A stretch of DNA of 64,000 nucleotides from an uncultured Armatimonadia bacterium (GTDB lineage Bacteria; Armatimonadota; Zipacnadia; CAVVLO01): assembly GCA_963749155.1 (NCBI GenBank), contig CAVVLO010000002.1, forward strand, positions 64,001 through 128,000, written 5' to 3'. Each line of letters opens with the position of its first letter. The stretch's first letter is position 1. The position numbers and the translations under genes are program-made. Shown here piece after piece: positions 19,487 through 30,082 of this stretch. The notes under the pieces were generated by a model, which was given only the letters and a program-made list of their open reading frames with translations, did not search any database and was not told where the DNA came from.

Positions 19487-20714
19487 ATGTCGGTCACAAA
19501 TTCGAGAACCACAGCTCACCTGCAGCCGCTTTTCTTTGCTGCCGCGGTTGTATCAATGGCCAATCTGGGCGTTGCGATCGTCGCGGCGCCGCTGAAGGCT
19601 ATTGCCCTTGGCGCAGAGCCTGTCCACCTGGGATTAATGGGAGGCATCGGTTCTGGGCTTTATCTGCTGGCGACAGTCCCCTGTGGCAGTCTTGCGGATA
19701 GATACGGCGCCTGGCGGATGGCAGTCTGGGGAGCGCTTGTTATGGCCGCTGGACTTGCTCTGCTTGCGGCAGCGCCAACCGTCTGGTGGATGATGGGTTT
19801 CCTCTGGTTCAACTGTATCGGCCAGGCGCTCTTCTGGCCTGCCGTGCAGGGGTGGGTAGCCTCTCTTGGCCAGCCAGGCAAGCTTGGCAAGACAATGGGC
19901 AGCTTCAACCTTTCCTGGTCCACTGGAGGAGCCTTTGGCGCTCTACTGGCAGGGCCTGCCTATTCACTGGATGAGCGTCTGCCTTTCTTCGGCGCTGTTG
20001 TGCTGCTTATAACTTCAGGTTGCCTGGCTTTTGTTCAGCATCTGCTGGTTGGCCAGACCAAGTCTTAGGGAAGCTTCTCGAGAAGAGCCAGATATCGTCC
20101 TGCCTTCCGCTCTGGAAACCAGGCAAGCGGGTTTGTGGCTGTTGTTCGCGCGCCTGTCAAACTTCGCCGTCTGGTTCGTAATCGTGGCCAGTTTTACACT
20201 TTTTCCGAAATACGCAGACAATCGCGGGCTTACGCCGTTCGAGGTTTCTCTAATCATTTTCGGCACCAGGCTTGGACTTTGGCCTGGCTTCCTGCTACTC
20301 CGCAACAGTGCCAAATGGCATTTTAACGCCTGGTTCGCCCAGGGGGCTCTTTTGTTATGCGCCTTGTGTACATTATTGCTGTGGGCTTTCACAAGAGAAT
20401 TTGTCAGCCTTTGGCCCATCGTGATTGTTATGGGAGTGCTGGGATTAGTGGGCAGTGCCACCTACGCCGAGAGCCTGCTTTATGGCTGGCTGGGTAGCTC
20501 GGGCAAGAGCCGCTCTTCAGGCGTACACGAGATGGTATTAGGCTCGAGTTCGTTCTTTGGCCCGCTAATAAGCGGCGCCGTAGCACAGGTAACCAACATC
20601 CCCCTGATGCTGCTCCTCAGCGGGATATTTCCCTTGATCGTTTTGGTATGGTTCAATTTGCCAGGCCCCAGAGCGTTACAACGCTCTGATATGGCAAAAG
20701 GAGAGGCCAAATGA
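19487..20714 (+). CDS. MFS transporter; one +1 frameshift at TTTT 20029-20032
   Basis: Motif A GSLADRYG; two hydrophobic halves fuse to about 408 aa if one T is removed (GCLALFSICWLARPS). Confidence 0.8.
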
Positions 20715-21472
20715 CAGAACGTCCTGTGACCTTTACCGTTAACGGAGAACAGCTTGTGGGGATGCTGCATATACCTGAGCACCTGCCAGCCCCTGGTGTG
20801 GTCCTGTTCCACGGTTTCACAGGTCATAAAGGTGAATCTCATCGGCTTTTCGTGACCTGTGCGCGAGCGCTTGCAGAGGCAGGACTTGTAGCTTTGCGCT
20901 TCGATTTTCGAGGCTCGGGTGATAGCGCGGGCGAGTTTGAAGAGATGACCGTGACCCGCGAGGTAGAAGACGCCCAGGCTGCGGTAACCTTCCTGGCAGA
21001 GCAGCAAGGCGTCTTTCCCCACAAGCTTGGGATACTTGGGCTGAGTCTAGGCGGGGCAGTCGCAGCGCTTGTCGCTGGATTGCGCCCAAGTCTGCGCGCG
21101 ACTGTACTCTGGGCAGCTGTGGCAGACCCGGGCGAACGACTTGCCAGGATAGCAATCCAGCCCAGGACAACAGCCGAGGGCTTTTACGACCTGGGCGGCA
21201 ACCTGGTAAGCCCGGAGTTCCTTGCCGACTTGCCCAGTCATAAACCGCTCGAGGCCATCGCCGGTTACCCAGGCGCGCTGCTTGTAGTTCACGGCACCAA
21301 CGACGAATCAGTGCTCTTTTCTGATAGTGAAGATTTCGTTGCTGCGCATGCCCAGGGGGTCACGGAGCATCTGGCTATCCAGGATTCGGACCATGTGTTC
21401 TCCTCCGAGCCCTGGACCCAGGAAGCAGTGACGGCTTCGGTTGCCTTCCTCACCCGGTATCTGAACGCCTAG
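20711..21472 (+). CDS. Alpha/beta-fold serine hydrolase
   Basis: FHGFTG, RFDFRGSGDS, nucleophile GLSLG, HGTND, DHVF. Confidence 0.9.
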   Translation: MTERPVTFTVNGEQLVGMLHIPEHLPAPGVVLFHGFTGHKGESHRLFVTCARALAEAGLVALRFDFRGSGDSAGEFEEMTVTREVEDAQAAVTFLAEQQGVFPHKLGILGLSLGGAVAALVAGLRPSLRATVLWAAVADPGERLARIAIQPRTTAEGFYDLGGNLVSPEFLADLPSHKPLEAIAGYPGALLVVHGTNDESVLFSDSEDFVAAHAQGVTEHLAIQDSDHVFSSEPWTQEAVTASVAFLTRYLNA

Positions 21473-21494
21473 CTCTGGATAGCTTGCAAAACAG

Positions 21495-21523
21495 AAAGGG
21501 GAGCCTGAACAGGCTCCCCTTTT
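21495..21523. terminator. Bidirectional rho-independent terminator
   Basis: AAAGGGGAGCCTG-AA-CAGGCTCCCCTTTT between convergent genes. Confidence 0.85.
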
Positions 21524-21544
21524 CATTGCTCACAAGTTTTCAGA

Positions 21545-24500
21545 CTACTCAAGCTCTGGTTCGATGCCACCATCTATCAAGCCATCCGAGATAGCCACCT
21601 GGACTTTCTCCTCAAGCTTGGTCTCGTTACCTGCGCCATCAATTGCAAAAAGCTTGATGGTGTGTTCGCCAGAGACGAGATCCGGCAGCACCAATTCGAA
21701 GAGCCTGACTTTCTGCGAGTATGAGCCTTCCGCTGCCGAGACAGCAAAACGCTCCTGGTCATCCACCTGATACTCAAGTGCTACGATGCCACTTCCTTCA
21801 TCGCGGGCAAAACCTGCCAGGGTAACTGCGCCAAAGTCATCAACTGAAGGACTGCCTCGCTTCAGAAGCAATTCCGGCAGTGTGGTGTCGATGAGTACTG
21901 GGCCAACGATTAGCGTACCTTCCCGAGCCTGGTCAGCCCGAGAACGGACATCCGAAGCCACGAACTTGACGAAGTATTCGCCTGCTTCGAGACCGGCGAC
22001 ATCCCATTCTACGTTATCAGCAGTGATGTTCTCTTTGATTACTCGCCAGTCAGTCCCATCGGTTTTACGGTAATACACGGTGGTCAGGAGAGGATCTCCA
22101 TCGGGATCTTCAGGCTTCAACTTGATGGTAAGTTTGTGACCAATCTGATCACCAGTCGCAAGCCCCTCAATCTTGACTACAGGTTGCTTGTTGGGCGTGC
22201 TGAGCAGGAGCTTAAGATACGCCAGCTCGGGCGCGCCTTGATCACCAGCCTTCAGACTGATGCGGTATTTGATGTAGCGGCCTGCTGGGCTGTTGACGGG
22301 TGAACCCTGGGCCTCGCCACTGAGTCCGCTCCAGGGGCTCCAGCTTCCATCAGCGCGAGGGCTGTTGCCAGTGCGAGTCTCAACAGTTACATTGCCATCA
22401 ATATTGTAACCACCCCAGAAGGCTTCGCCCCAGGTCACGGCAGCTTCCGCATCTTTTACGTTCGAGACGAAGGTGCCTTCGGTTGCAGAGGTTGGCTCAA
22501 TCTCAAGCGCAGCGGCATTGTTGGCTACACCGATATACGCAGCGCCATTGGCGCCTGTCGCGCCTCTGGTGCAAACCAGGTCATCCTTGCGGTAGACCAA
22601 AGTCCAGCGCCCATCCGCTTCAGCCTTGATGATGCGCCCCATTGTTGGCCCCGCAATATAACAGCCCCCTTCGGTAGCGACCAGGGCGGTCACCGGATCG
22701 GCGTTCTCATTGGCGTAAAACTCGGACAGGGCGCCTGTTGAGCTGATCTCATAGACTTTGCCACTTGGGAAGCTGGCAGCGTAGAGGCCCCCTTCAGGGC
22801 TTGCGGCCAGAGCCGGAGTCTCACTGCCATCCAGAGAGGCCAGCACCGAATCCAGTCCAGTAGTCGGATTGAACTGCATAACCAGCGCATGAGGCGCAGT
22901 GCCCAGATACAGCAGGTCATCTGTGCCCTTAACCAGGCTGAGCAGATGGCTCTCATCAGTGTCCAGCACAAGCTCGGACTTGCCATCCGGCGCGCAGTGG
23001 AAGAGTTGGCCTTCTGGCCCTGTTGCAGCCCAGCTTCCTCCCTGACCATCCGGAAGCAGAGCCCAGATATACTGAGCTTTCGGCAAGGTAGTCATCGGCT
23101 TGACCTGACCTGAGGCCACTTCAAGGGTCACAAGCTTGCCACCAGGAGCAAGTCCCGCACACAGAGTGCCCGGGGTGAGTTCACAAAGGGCAGTAATAGC
23201 ACTGGCGCCAGTTGCGGCGATCTCTTTCACATCTCCGCCATTAGCGGCGAACAGCAGCTTGCCTCCATTGCCAGTGCCAAGATAAAGCCCTTCAGTTGTC
23301 GAGAGCATACTCCAGGCGTAGTGTTCAGTTTCTAGCTGGCATACCTCGGCTACTTTGGGCACAAGCGCCAGATGGCCTTCACTGGTAACTCCAACCCCAT
23401 CGAAGAGGCCATCTTCGAAGTCAGTCAGAGCGACCTCTATAAAGTAAGTTGCTGGCGAAATAGGCGCAGTCTTGCCAACTGGTTCTTCGTCTCCCTTGGC
23501 GTCTTCTTCCAGGTCACCTTCATCCGGTGGCACAGGCACACCTGGAGGAGGCAGCTCGCCGTTATAACGCAGTGCCCCTGAGGTTAGCCGGTGACTGGTG
23601 CGAGGCTCCAGTTGGCCAAGCAAGTTGGTAGCCCGATAAGCGCGAGGCAAAAGGCCAGGCGCAAGTTCGGCACTCGCCAGCAACATTTTGCCGGTTGGAG
23701 TACTCGCCAGCTCGGCTGTGAAATCTCCAGGCATTGGGGGCAGAGGCATGGCTTCCTCGCCCTCTGGCAGTGGGGGCGCGGTTGGGGGGTGCGCTGTGGT
23801 TCTGCTACCAACTTCGGAGCTGACCACATCAAGCGTGATGGTCATCATCCCGCCCAGCATCCAGGGCATCTGGGTGCGCTGTTCGATAAGATCCGGACCG
23901 GCCATTATCTCGGTGGTGTTGCTCTGGGCCAGGATCGCCAGCATCGATTCTGGCATCCTGGGGAAGGTCGTCGGACCAACCATCACTTGCAGGCTGGGCA
24001 TCGAAGCCACCACAGTGAGTTCATCAGCCCGAGGAGGCTTGATGAAGTACTCCTCGAGCAGGTCGTCGAGGTCATAAGGCCAGATAGGAGGTGCGCCTAC
24101 CTGCCTTTTAAGAACACTCCAGTCAGCCCCGCCACCTACGGCGATGCGCAGAGTGCCATCGGGACATTCCGGCGGCACGGTAAAGTTGACCGTCTTGTTT
24201 TCGGGTTTACCATTATATGGCGTAATCGTGACCACAAGGGGCACGGTCTCGCCTGGCTTGGCCTGGGTGCGAGGGCAGTAGAGGTCCGCAAGCGAGGCCA
24301 CGAGTTCCTTGCCGGATGACTTGACAGATACCGCAACAGACTCCAGCTCCGGCTTTTCAAACGGATTACTCTGCAGCAGATAGAGCAGGTTGTCCATCTC
24401 CATCATCAAAGCATAAGCAGGCCAGGACGAGTCATACATCATATTGGACCGCTTGAGCAGTCCATGCCCCTTTACCTCAGCCTCAACGCTCAGTTCCAGT

Positions 24501-25639
24501 GTAGCCGGTGAGGTGTCAGGTACCATACTGCCGACAAGCGTCATTGCGGCGCTCTCTGCCAGGGAGGCGGTGTATTGGGGATGCGAAGCCAGTGTCACCT
24601 GGAAATCCTGAGCCAGATTACGGTCTTGATCCTCGATGTGCAGCTTCATCGGGACGGTGGGAGCTTTACCTCCAAGCGTACCGCCGATAGACCAGGGCCT
24701 GTCCTGCTCGACAGCGCCCAACACCTTCATCCCAACCCCAAACTTGTTGGAGCGAGCGATGCTGGAGTTTATGCCCATCACGTAGACATTGCACATTGGC
24801 AGATTGACGACACCGAAGCCATCCATAGGATGGCCAAAGGCGATAACCTTGTCGCCGTCCACCCAGGTAACGGTGCCAAAGCCTACCGCCGAGACGTCGC
24901 CTTCCATCATCATTATTCCGACGGCCGAGCCTGGCACAAGCTTTGTGTTGTTTGCCTCGGAGGGATAGCCACTGGAGCCACCACCCTGGACAATCTCGAT
25001 GCCGCTGCCCCTGAAGGCCGCCTGCATAAGCTGCATGCCGCGCGGCGACATGCCACTTACCGCAACTGGCATCGAAAGGGGCTGCATCGAGAGCGTAGTG
25101 TCGTTGTAGAAGCCTCCACCTGGCTCTTCTCCAAACTTTGCCAGCCTGGCGCTTGTCACCATATGGCCCTGAACAAAGGCCGGAGCGGCAGCCATGTTGG
25201 ACGACTTGTGACCCAGCGTGGGGGCAGAAGCCTCGAGCATTGGTCTGATGGGAGTAACCCCGCAAATTGGATCTTTGGGGTACGACCAGCCATAGGCTAT
25301 CGCGCCGATTATTTTGCCATCAATATAGACTGGGCTACCGCTCATCCCGCCGATGATGTTGTAGCCCTTTTCAACCGACGGCCCATCAAGCATCCGTATC
25401 AGGATCATATCTTGTCCTGATATGTCAGTTGGCAGGATGCCCATTATTTCGATATTGAACTCGGTGATATCTACGCCTTGATAGACGGTCCGGCAGATAC
25501 CTTTCATGCCTATCTGCAAATCGGAGACATCCATCATTTTGGCAGGATCGAAGGCGATCTGGCCTTCGACGTGATTAGCCTGGGCCGCCAGTCCCAGCAC
25601 TCCTACAACTAACAGCAACAGCAAGGCTACTGGCTTCAT
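21545..25639 (-). CDS. Secreted SpoIVB-type peptidase S55 fused to beta-propeller and Ig-like domains
   Basis: Signal peptide MKPVALLLLLVVGVLGLAAQA; GMSGSPVYIDGKIIGAIAY, AFGHP; Pro/acidic linker; repeated LYLGTG blades; ETRTGNS...WSPWS, SPAGRYIKYR; about 1364 aa. Confidence 0.85.
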   Translation of the reverse strand: MKPVALLLLLVVGVLGLAAQANHVEGQIAFDPAKMMDVSDLQIGMKGICRTVYQGVDITEFNIEIMGILPTDISGQDMILIRMLDGPSVEKGYNIIGGMSGSPVYIDGKIIGAIAYGWSYPKDPICGVTPIRPMLEASAPTLGHKSSNMAAAPAFVQGHMVTSARLAKFGEEPGGGFYNDTTLSMQPLSMPVAVSGMSPRGMQLMQAAFRGSGIEIVQGGGSSGYPSEANNTKLVPGSAVGIMMMEGDVSAVGFGTVTWVDGDKVIAFGHPMDGFGVVNLPMCNVYVMGINSSIARSNKFGVGMKVLGAVEQDRPWSIGGTLGGKAPTVPMKLHIEDQDRNLAQDFQVTLASHPQYTASLAESAAMTLVGSMVPDTSPATLELSVEAEVKGHGLLKRSNMMYDSSWPAYALMMEMDNLLYLLQSNPFEKPELESVAVSVKSSGKELVASLADLYCPRTQAKPGETVPLVVTITPYNGKPENKTVNFTVPPECPDGTLRIAVGGGADWSVLKRQVGAPPIWPYDLDDLLEEYFIKPPRADELTVVASMPSLQVMVGPTTFPRMPESMLAILAQSNTTEIMAGPDLIEQRTQMPWMLGGMMTITLDVVSSEVGSRTTAHPPTAPPLPEGEEAMPLPPMPGDFTAELASTPTGKMLLASAELAPGLLPRAYRATNLLGQLEPRTSHRLTSGALRYNGELPPPGVPVPPDEGDLEEDAKGDEEPVGKTAPISPATYFIEVALTDFEDGLFDGVGVTSEGHLALVPKVAEVCQLETEHYAWSMLSTTEGLYLGTGNGGKLLFAANGGDVKEIAATGASAITALCELTPGTLCAGLAPGGKLVTLEVASGQVKPMTTLPKAQYIWALLPDGQGGSWAATGPEGQLFHCAPDGKSELVLDTDESHLLSLVKGTDDLLYLGTAPHALVMQFNPTTGLDSVLASLDGSETPALAASPEGGLYAASFPSGKVYEISSTGALSEFYANENADPVTALVATEGGCYIAGPTMGRIIKAEADGRWTLVYRKDDLVCTRGATGANGAAYIGVANNAAALEIEPTSATEGTFVSNVKDAEAAVTWGEAFWGGYNIDGNVTVETRTGNSPRADGSWSPWSGLSGEAQGSPVNSPAGRYIKYRISLKAGDQGAPELAYLKLLLSTPNKQPVVKIEGLATGDQIGHKLTIKLKPEDPDGDPLLTTVYYRKTDGTDWRVIKENITADNVEWDVAGLEAGEYFVKFVASDVRSRADQAREGTLIVGPVLIDTTLPELLLKRGSPSVDDFGAVTLAGFARDEGSGIVALEYQVDDQERFAVSAAEGSYSQKVRLFELVLPDLVSGEHTIKLFAIDGAGNETKLEEKVQVAISDGLIDGGIEPELE

Positions 25640-25675
25640 GATATGCACCTTACTCAAAGAGAACACCTCCGAGGG

Positions 25676-26977
25676 CTAGGAGCTCAGCAGTCTGCTGAGG
25701 CTCTCACGTACCTTGGCACGAATTTCATCCAGATCGAGAGTGACTAGCTGACGGTTTTGAACCAGGGCACATCCCGCCACAAACACGTCCCTGACATCCG
25801 AATCAATCGCACTATAAACCAGGTGAGATACAACGTTGTGAACCGGAAAAAGATGCGGCCCTTCAAGTCCAACCACAATCAGGTCGGCTTGCTTGCCTGG
25901 CTCCAGAGAACCAATCAAAGCCTCGAGGCCAAGAGCTCGCGCGCCTCCAAGCGTAGCGAGTTTCAAGGCTTCATAAGCTGGCAACGCTTCAGGGCGCCGA
26001 TTGATTCCCTTTGCAAGAAGCGCTGCGAGCCGAGTTTCTTCCAGCATGCTCAGATTGTTGTTTGAGGCCGCCCCGTCAGTACCAAGGCCAACTCTCACTC
26101 CAGCTCCCAAATGGGCTTCTATTGGAGGTACGCCGGAGCCCAGCTTAAGGTTGCTCCCGATATTCAAACTCACACCAGTTTGCTTCGCCGCAAGGGTAGC
26201 CATATCCTGCTCGTCCACCCAAACAGCATGAGCGGCCAGCACAGGCTGATCCAGCAAGCCCAGAGAAGCAATATGCTGGACAGGAGATTCGCCATAAAGG
26301 TCAAGTGAACGCCGGCGATGAGCCTCGGTCTCGGAGAGATGGATGTGCATTGGCACGCCAAGTTCGCGCGCTGCCTCGCCAACCTCCAGCAGCAATTCGT
26401 CGGGGCAGGTATAGAGGGCATGCGGCCCAAAGAAGGGATGGACACGCCCCTCGCCTGCTCCTTTCCAGTCAGCGACGAAGCGTTTGGCATCAGAGAGCAT
26501 CTGATTCGCCCAGGGCACGATTCCGAGGAGCACTCCCGAAGGGCAACCGCGGATCCCGCTTTCTACGATGGCATGCGCCGTCGCTTCAAAAAAATGATAC
26601 ATATCGTTGAAGCAGGTCGTGCCGCCAAGCAGCATCTCGGCGATGCCCAGGAGCGAGCTCCAATATACGTCGTCAGCTTCCAGGTGGCTTTCAAAAGGCC
26701 AAATCTTCTGCTCGAGCCATTCCTGCACAGGCATATCGTCCGCATAGCCGCGCATCAGGGTCATAGCGACATGGGTGTGGGCGTTTACGAAGCCAGGCAT
26801 CACCACGCAGCCGGATGCGTCCAGCACCTCGAAGCCTTCCAGCCCGGAAGATGGAGGATTGCCTTCGCCCACCTGGGTGATTTGGCCCTCTTCCACAAGT
26901 ACGAAGCCCGGCGCCAGGATTCGGTCGCCGGGGTCCATCGTAATTACACTACCCCCCGTAAGGGCTAGTCTACCCAA
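25676..26977 (-). CDS. mtaD: 5'-methylthioadenosine/S-adenosylhomocysteine deaminase
   Basis: PGFVNAHTH, RGYADD, GPHALYTC, HIHLSE, GTDGAASNN; clustered with mtnA/mtnP. Confidence 0.88.
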   Translation of the reverse strand: MGRLALTGGSVITMDPGDRILAPGFVLVEEGQITQVGEGNPPSSGLEGFEVLDASGCVVMPGFVNAHTHVAMTLMRGYADDMPVQEWLEQKIWPFESHLEADDVYWSSLLGIAEMLLGGTTCFNDMYHFFEATAHAIVESGIRGCPSGVLLGIVPWANQMLSDAKRFVADWKGAGEGRVHPFFGPHALYTCPDELLLEVGEAARELGVPMHIHLSETEAHRRRSLDLYGESPVQHIASLGLLDQPVLAAHAVWVDEQDMATLAAKQTGVSLNIGSNLKLGSGVPPIEAHLGAGVRVGLGTDGAASNNNLSMLEETRLAALLAKGINRRPEALPAYEALKLATLGGARALGLEALIGSLEPGKQADLIVVGLEGPHLFPVHNVVSHLVYSAIDSDVRDVFVAGCALVQNRQLVTLDLDEIRAKVRESLSRLLSS

Positions 26978-28032
26978 GGAAGCGTCTCCTCTTTGCTATC
27001 AGAGATCAGTCGCGCGATACTGGCATGAGAGGGCTTCAGTATCACACCATGCTCGGTAATAAGTCCGGCAATCAGCCGGGCCGGGGTTACGTCGAAGGCA
27101 GGATTGAAAACTCCAACCCCCTCGGGAGCTGTTTTTATCCCGCCCCAGTCGGTCACTTCTCGCGGGTCACGTTCTTCTATCGGTATTTCCGCGCCGGACT
27201 TTAGGGTAAGGTCGAAGGTCGTAAGAGGAGCTGCCACATAAAAGGGCACCCCGTGAGCTTTGGCAACCAGAGCAAGCTGATAGGTGCCTATCTTGTTGGC
27301 CACATCACCATTGGCAGCGATGCGGTCGGCGCCCACGATGACAGCGTCTACCCCTCGCGTGGCCATCACCCAGGCTGCCATATTGTCACAAAGCAGCGTG
27401 CAGGGCAGCCCGTCCTCGAGCAGTTCCCAGGCAGTGAGCCTTGCGCCCTGAAGCACAGGGCGAGTCTCGTCCGCATAAACATGAGCCAGCTTGCCAGCTT
27501 CGGCCAGAGCGCGCACTACTCCAAGCGCGGTACCATACCCGCAAGTAGCGAGCGCGCCAGCGTTGCAGTGCGTGAGTATTGTCACTGGCCCAGGAAACAT
27601 TTCCGCGCCGTATTTGCCGATCTGCTTGTTGGCCGCAACGTCCTCTTCAAGCAACAAGACTGCTCGGGCCTCAAGACGCAGCAGATTCTCTTCCAGGGGG
27701 GCTTCGGGAGCTATTTCGGCAAGCAAGGTATCCAGAGCCCAGACCAGATTAACTGCCGTTGGTCTGGTAGCAGCAAGCAGAGTTTTGGCTCTATTAAGAG
27801 TGACCAGGAGTTCGACTGTAGTTGAAGGCTTGGCCTGTTTGGCGGCTAACACCAGACCAAAAGCAGCAGCAGCGCCAATTGCCGGCGCGCCACGCACCAT
27901 CAAAGTGCGGATAGCGTCAGCTACCTCATCTACCGTGGTGATTTCGACCAATACAGAACGCAGGGGAAGCTGGCGCTGGTCAAGTAGTCTGACCACCTGG
28001 CCATCATACTCAATTGTCGGCGGAAGAGGCAC
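26965..28032 (-). CDS. mtnA: Methylthioribose-1-phosphate isomerase
   Basis: VRGAPAIG, RPTAVNL, THCNAGALAT, ETRPVLQGARLT, GADRIAANGD, NPAFDVTP. Confidence 0.96.
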   Translation of the reverse strand: MPLPPTIEYDGQVVRLLDQRQLPLRSVLVEITTVDEVADAIRTLMVRGAPAIGAAAAFGLVLAAKQAKPSTTVELLVTLNRAKTLLAATRPTAVNLVWALDTLLAEIAPEAPLEENLLRLEARAVLLLEEDVAANKQIGKYGAEMFPGPVTILTHCNAGALATCGYGTALGVVRALAEAGKLAHVYADETRPVLQGARLTAWELLEDGLPCTLLCDNMAAWVMATRGVDAVIVGADRIAANGDVANKIGTYQLALVAKAHGVPFYVAAPLTTFDLTLKSGAEIPIEERDPREVTDWGGIKTAPEGVGVFNPAFDVTPARLIAGLITEHGVILKPSHASIARLISDSKEETLPWVD

Positions 28033-28057
28033 TCTGACTCACCTCGCTAGAGCCTGA

Positions 28058-28834
28058 CTATCTGTATTCGAAGAGGGCATACTGGCACTCGCAGACCAGT
28101 TCTTCTTCGGCCAGCAGTGCAGCCCTGATTACCGAAGAAAGCGCCTCGCGCTGCTCGGAAAGCACCTGGTCTATGGAAGCATGACTCAGCACCTCGCCAG
28201 GCCGGCGCCCAGCAGCCAGGTTGGTTACCAACCCAACTGCAGCGTAGCAGAACTCCAGTTCGCGCGCCATTACTACCTCGGGCACCTGGGTCATCCCCAC
28301 CACATCAGCTCCCAGCCTGCGCAGCATCTGGATTTCGGCTGCGGTCTCGAACCGGGGGCCTTCCATACAGGCGTATATGGCATCTCGCTTCAGGCTGACA
28401 CCGACTTCGGAGGCTTCCCTGGCCACCAGTGAAGAGAGCCGGTGGCAATAAGGATTGGTCAAGTCTATATGGATTGGCCGACTGGTCTGATCAAGTACTG
28501 AGAGGGGCCGCTGTTTGGTGAAATCCAGGAACTGGGTCAACATCATCATATCGCCCACTTCGTAAAGCTCGCTGATAGCCCCCACCGCCGCTGTAGCGAT
28601 TACACGGGTCACTCCCAGTTGCTTCAGAGCCATCATATTGGCGCGATAGTTGACCAGATGGGGTGCTACAGTGTGGTCGGCCATATGTCTGGAGAGCAGA
28701 TAAACGGTGCGATCACCAAGTTGCAGCTCGTTGAGAGCTACCTCGCCGAAGGGGGTCTCCACCGATAAGGGGCTTGTTTCGCCGAGAATATCAGGCTTGC
28801 CGAATCCAGTTCCACCGATAACTGCAAGCTTCAT
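28058..28834 (-). CDS. mtnP: MTAP-family nucleoside phosphorylase, probably methylthioinosine-preferring
   Basis: IGGTG, NYRAN, EGPRFETAAE, VGMT, PE..ARE, VTNLAAG. Confidence 0.88.
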   Translation of the reverse strand: MKLAVIGGTGFGKPDILGETSPLSVETPFGEVALNELQLGDRTVYLLSRHMADHTVAPHLVNYRANMMALKQLGVTRVIATAAVGAISELYEVGDMMMLTQFLDFTKQRPLSVLDQTSRPIHIDLTNPYCHRLSSLVAREASEVGVSLKRDAIYACMEGPRFETAAEIQMLRRLGADVVGMTQVPEVVMARELEFCYAAVGLVTNLAAGRRPGEVLSHASIDQVLSEQREALSSVIRAALLAEEELVCECQYALFEYR

Positions 28835-28870
28835 TAACTGCTCCTCCTTGCTTCTCGGCGGTAGCCGCCT

Positions 28871-28899
28871 TTGACTTGCATGGGATGGCTGCTTAGAAT
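28871..28899 (+). promoter_or_regulatory. sigma70 promoter
   Basis: TTGACT-17 bp-TAGAAT upstream of the DUF362 gene. Confidence 0.65.
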
Positions 28900-28959
28900 C
28901 GGGTTGTGCGCAGAAGCCAGATTAGAATGACTTTAGGATACTAAGCGGGAGTGAACACC

Positions 28960-30070
28960 GTGTTCAAGCAAAGTATGGTTCGTCAGCGCCTATAGTGACT
29001 CCTCGGCAAGCAACCTTCCCACAAAGCTTAGGCGGCTTTGGAAAGCGACAGGTTTCGCCGAGATGCTTTCTCCTGGTCAGTTGATAGCGATCAAGATGCA
29101 CTTCGGCGAAGAAGGCAATACTACTTACCTCAGGCCCGAGTTCGCGGCGCTCTATGCAGACGCAGTAAAGGAAACCGGTGCCAAGCCCTTCGTTACCGAC
29201 TCCCAGACGCTTTATCGCGGCCAGCGTTCCAATGCGGTAGATCACTTCAACCTCGCCACCAGGCATGGCTTCTCTTACGCGACTCTCGGTTGCCCGCTTA
29301 TCTTCGGAGACGGGTTGCTGGGGCGTGACAGCGTAGATGTGGAGATAGGCCAGAAGCACTTCCAGACCATCCGTATGGGCTCTGCTTACTACTATATGGA
29401 CGGCGCGGTGGTGTTGAGCCATGTAAAGGGTCACATACTGGCCGGTATAGGAGCCGCACTTAAAAATATCTCTATGGGGATGGCCTCGCGCGCCCAGAAG
29501 CAGGCCTTGCACAGCCAGCAACGTCCCACAGTAAACCGCGAAAAGTGTGTCGCCTGTGGCGCCTGCATCAAGTGGTGCCCGGAAGATGCCATTTCTCTTG
29601 TTGAGGGGAAAGCCTCCATCGATCATGAACTCTGCATCGGGTGCGGCGAATGCGTGTCGGTGTGCCGGTTCGACGCCGTGAACATCAACTTCCAGACCGA
29701 AGTCAAGCCAATGCTGGAGCGGATGGCAGAGTTCTGTTATGGTTATCACCAGCTCAAGGGAGACCGCACCCTGTACATCAACTTCCTGCTTGATATTACT
29801 CCGGATTGTGATTGCGCTGGCTGGAGCGATACGCCAATGGTGCCTGATATCGGAGTGTTGGCTTCTTTCGATCCAGTGGCGATAGATCGCGCTTCCGCCG
29901 ACCTGGTCAACGAGCAGCAGGGCCTGGCAGAGACTCGGTTGCACAGCAACCTGGAGCCCGGCGGAGACAAATTTGAAGGGCTGACTGGCTCGCCCTGGTA
30001 TTACCTGCTCGAATACGCCGAGCAGCTTGGGGTCGGCAGTCGCGAATACGAACTGGTAAAACTCGGCTAG
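28960..30070 (+). CDS. DUF362 protein with 2x[4Fe-4S] ferredoxin insert; +1 indel just after the GTG start
   Basis: KMHFGEEGN, SHVKGH, KNISMG, CVACGACIKWCP, CIGCGECVSVC, PDCDC, DPVAID; frame extends 5' to SSKVWF with GGGAG RBS and GTG 28960 one base out of frame. Confidence 0.85.
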
Positions 30071-30082
30071 GCGGAGGGCGCT

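Noticed and set aside
19487..20714. Naturally split two-gene half-MFS transporter
   Set aside because: One extra T explains it, the second half lacks an RBS, and similar indels are window-wide.
28953..28965. Palindrome GAACAC-C-GTGTTC as a LexA box
   Set aside because: Spacer is N5 rather than GAAC-N4-GTTC, and it overlaps a suspected indel.
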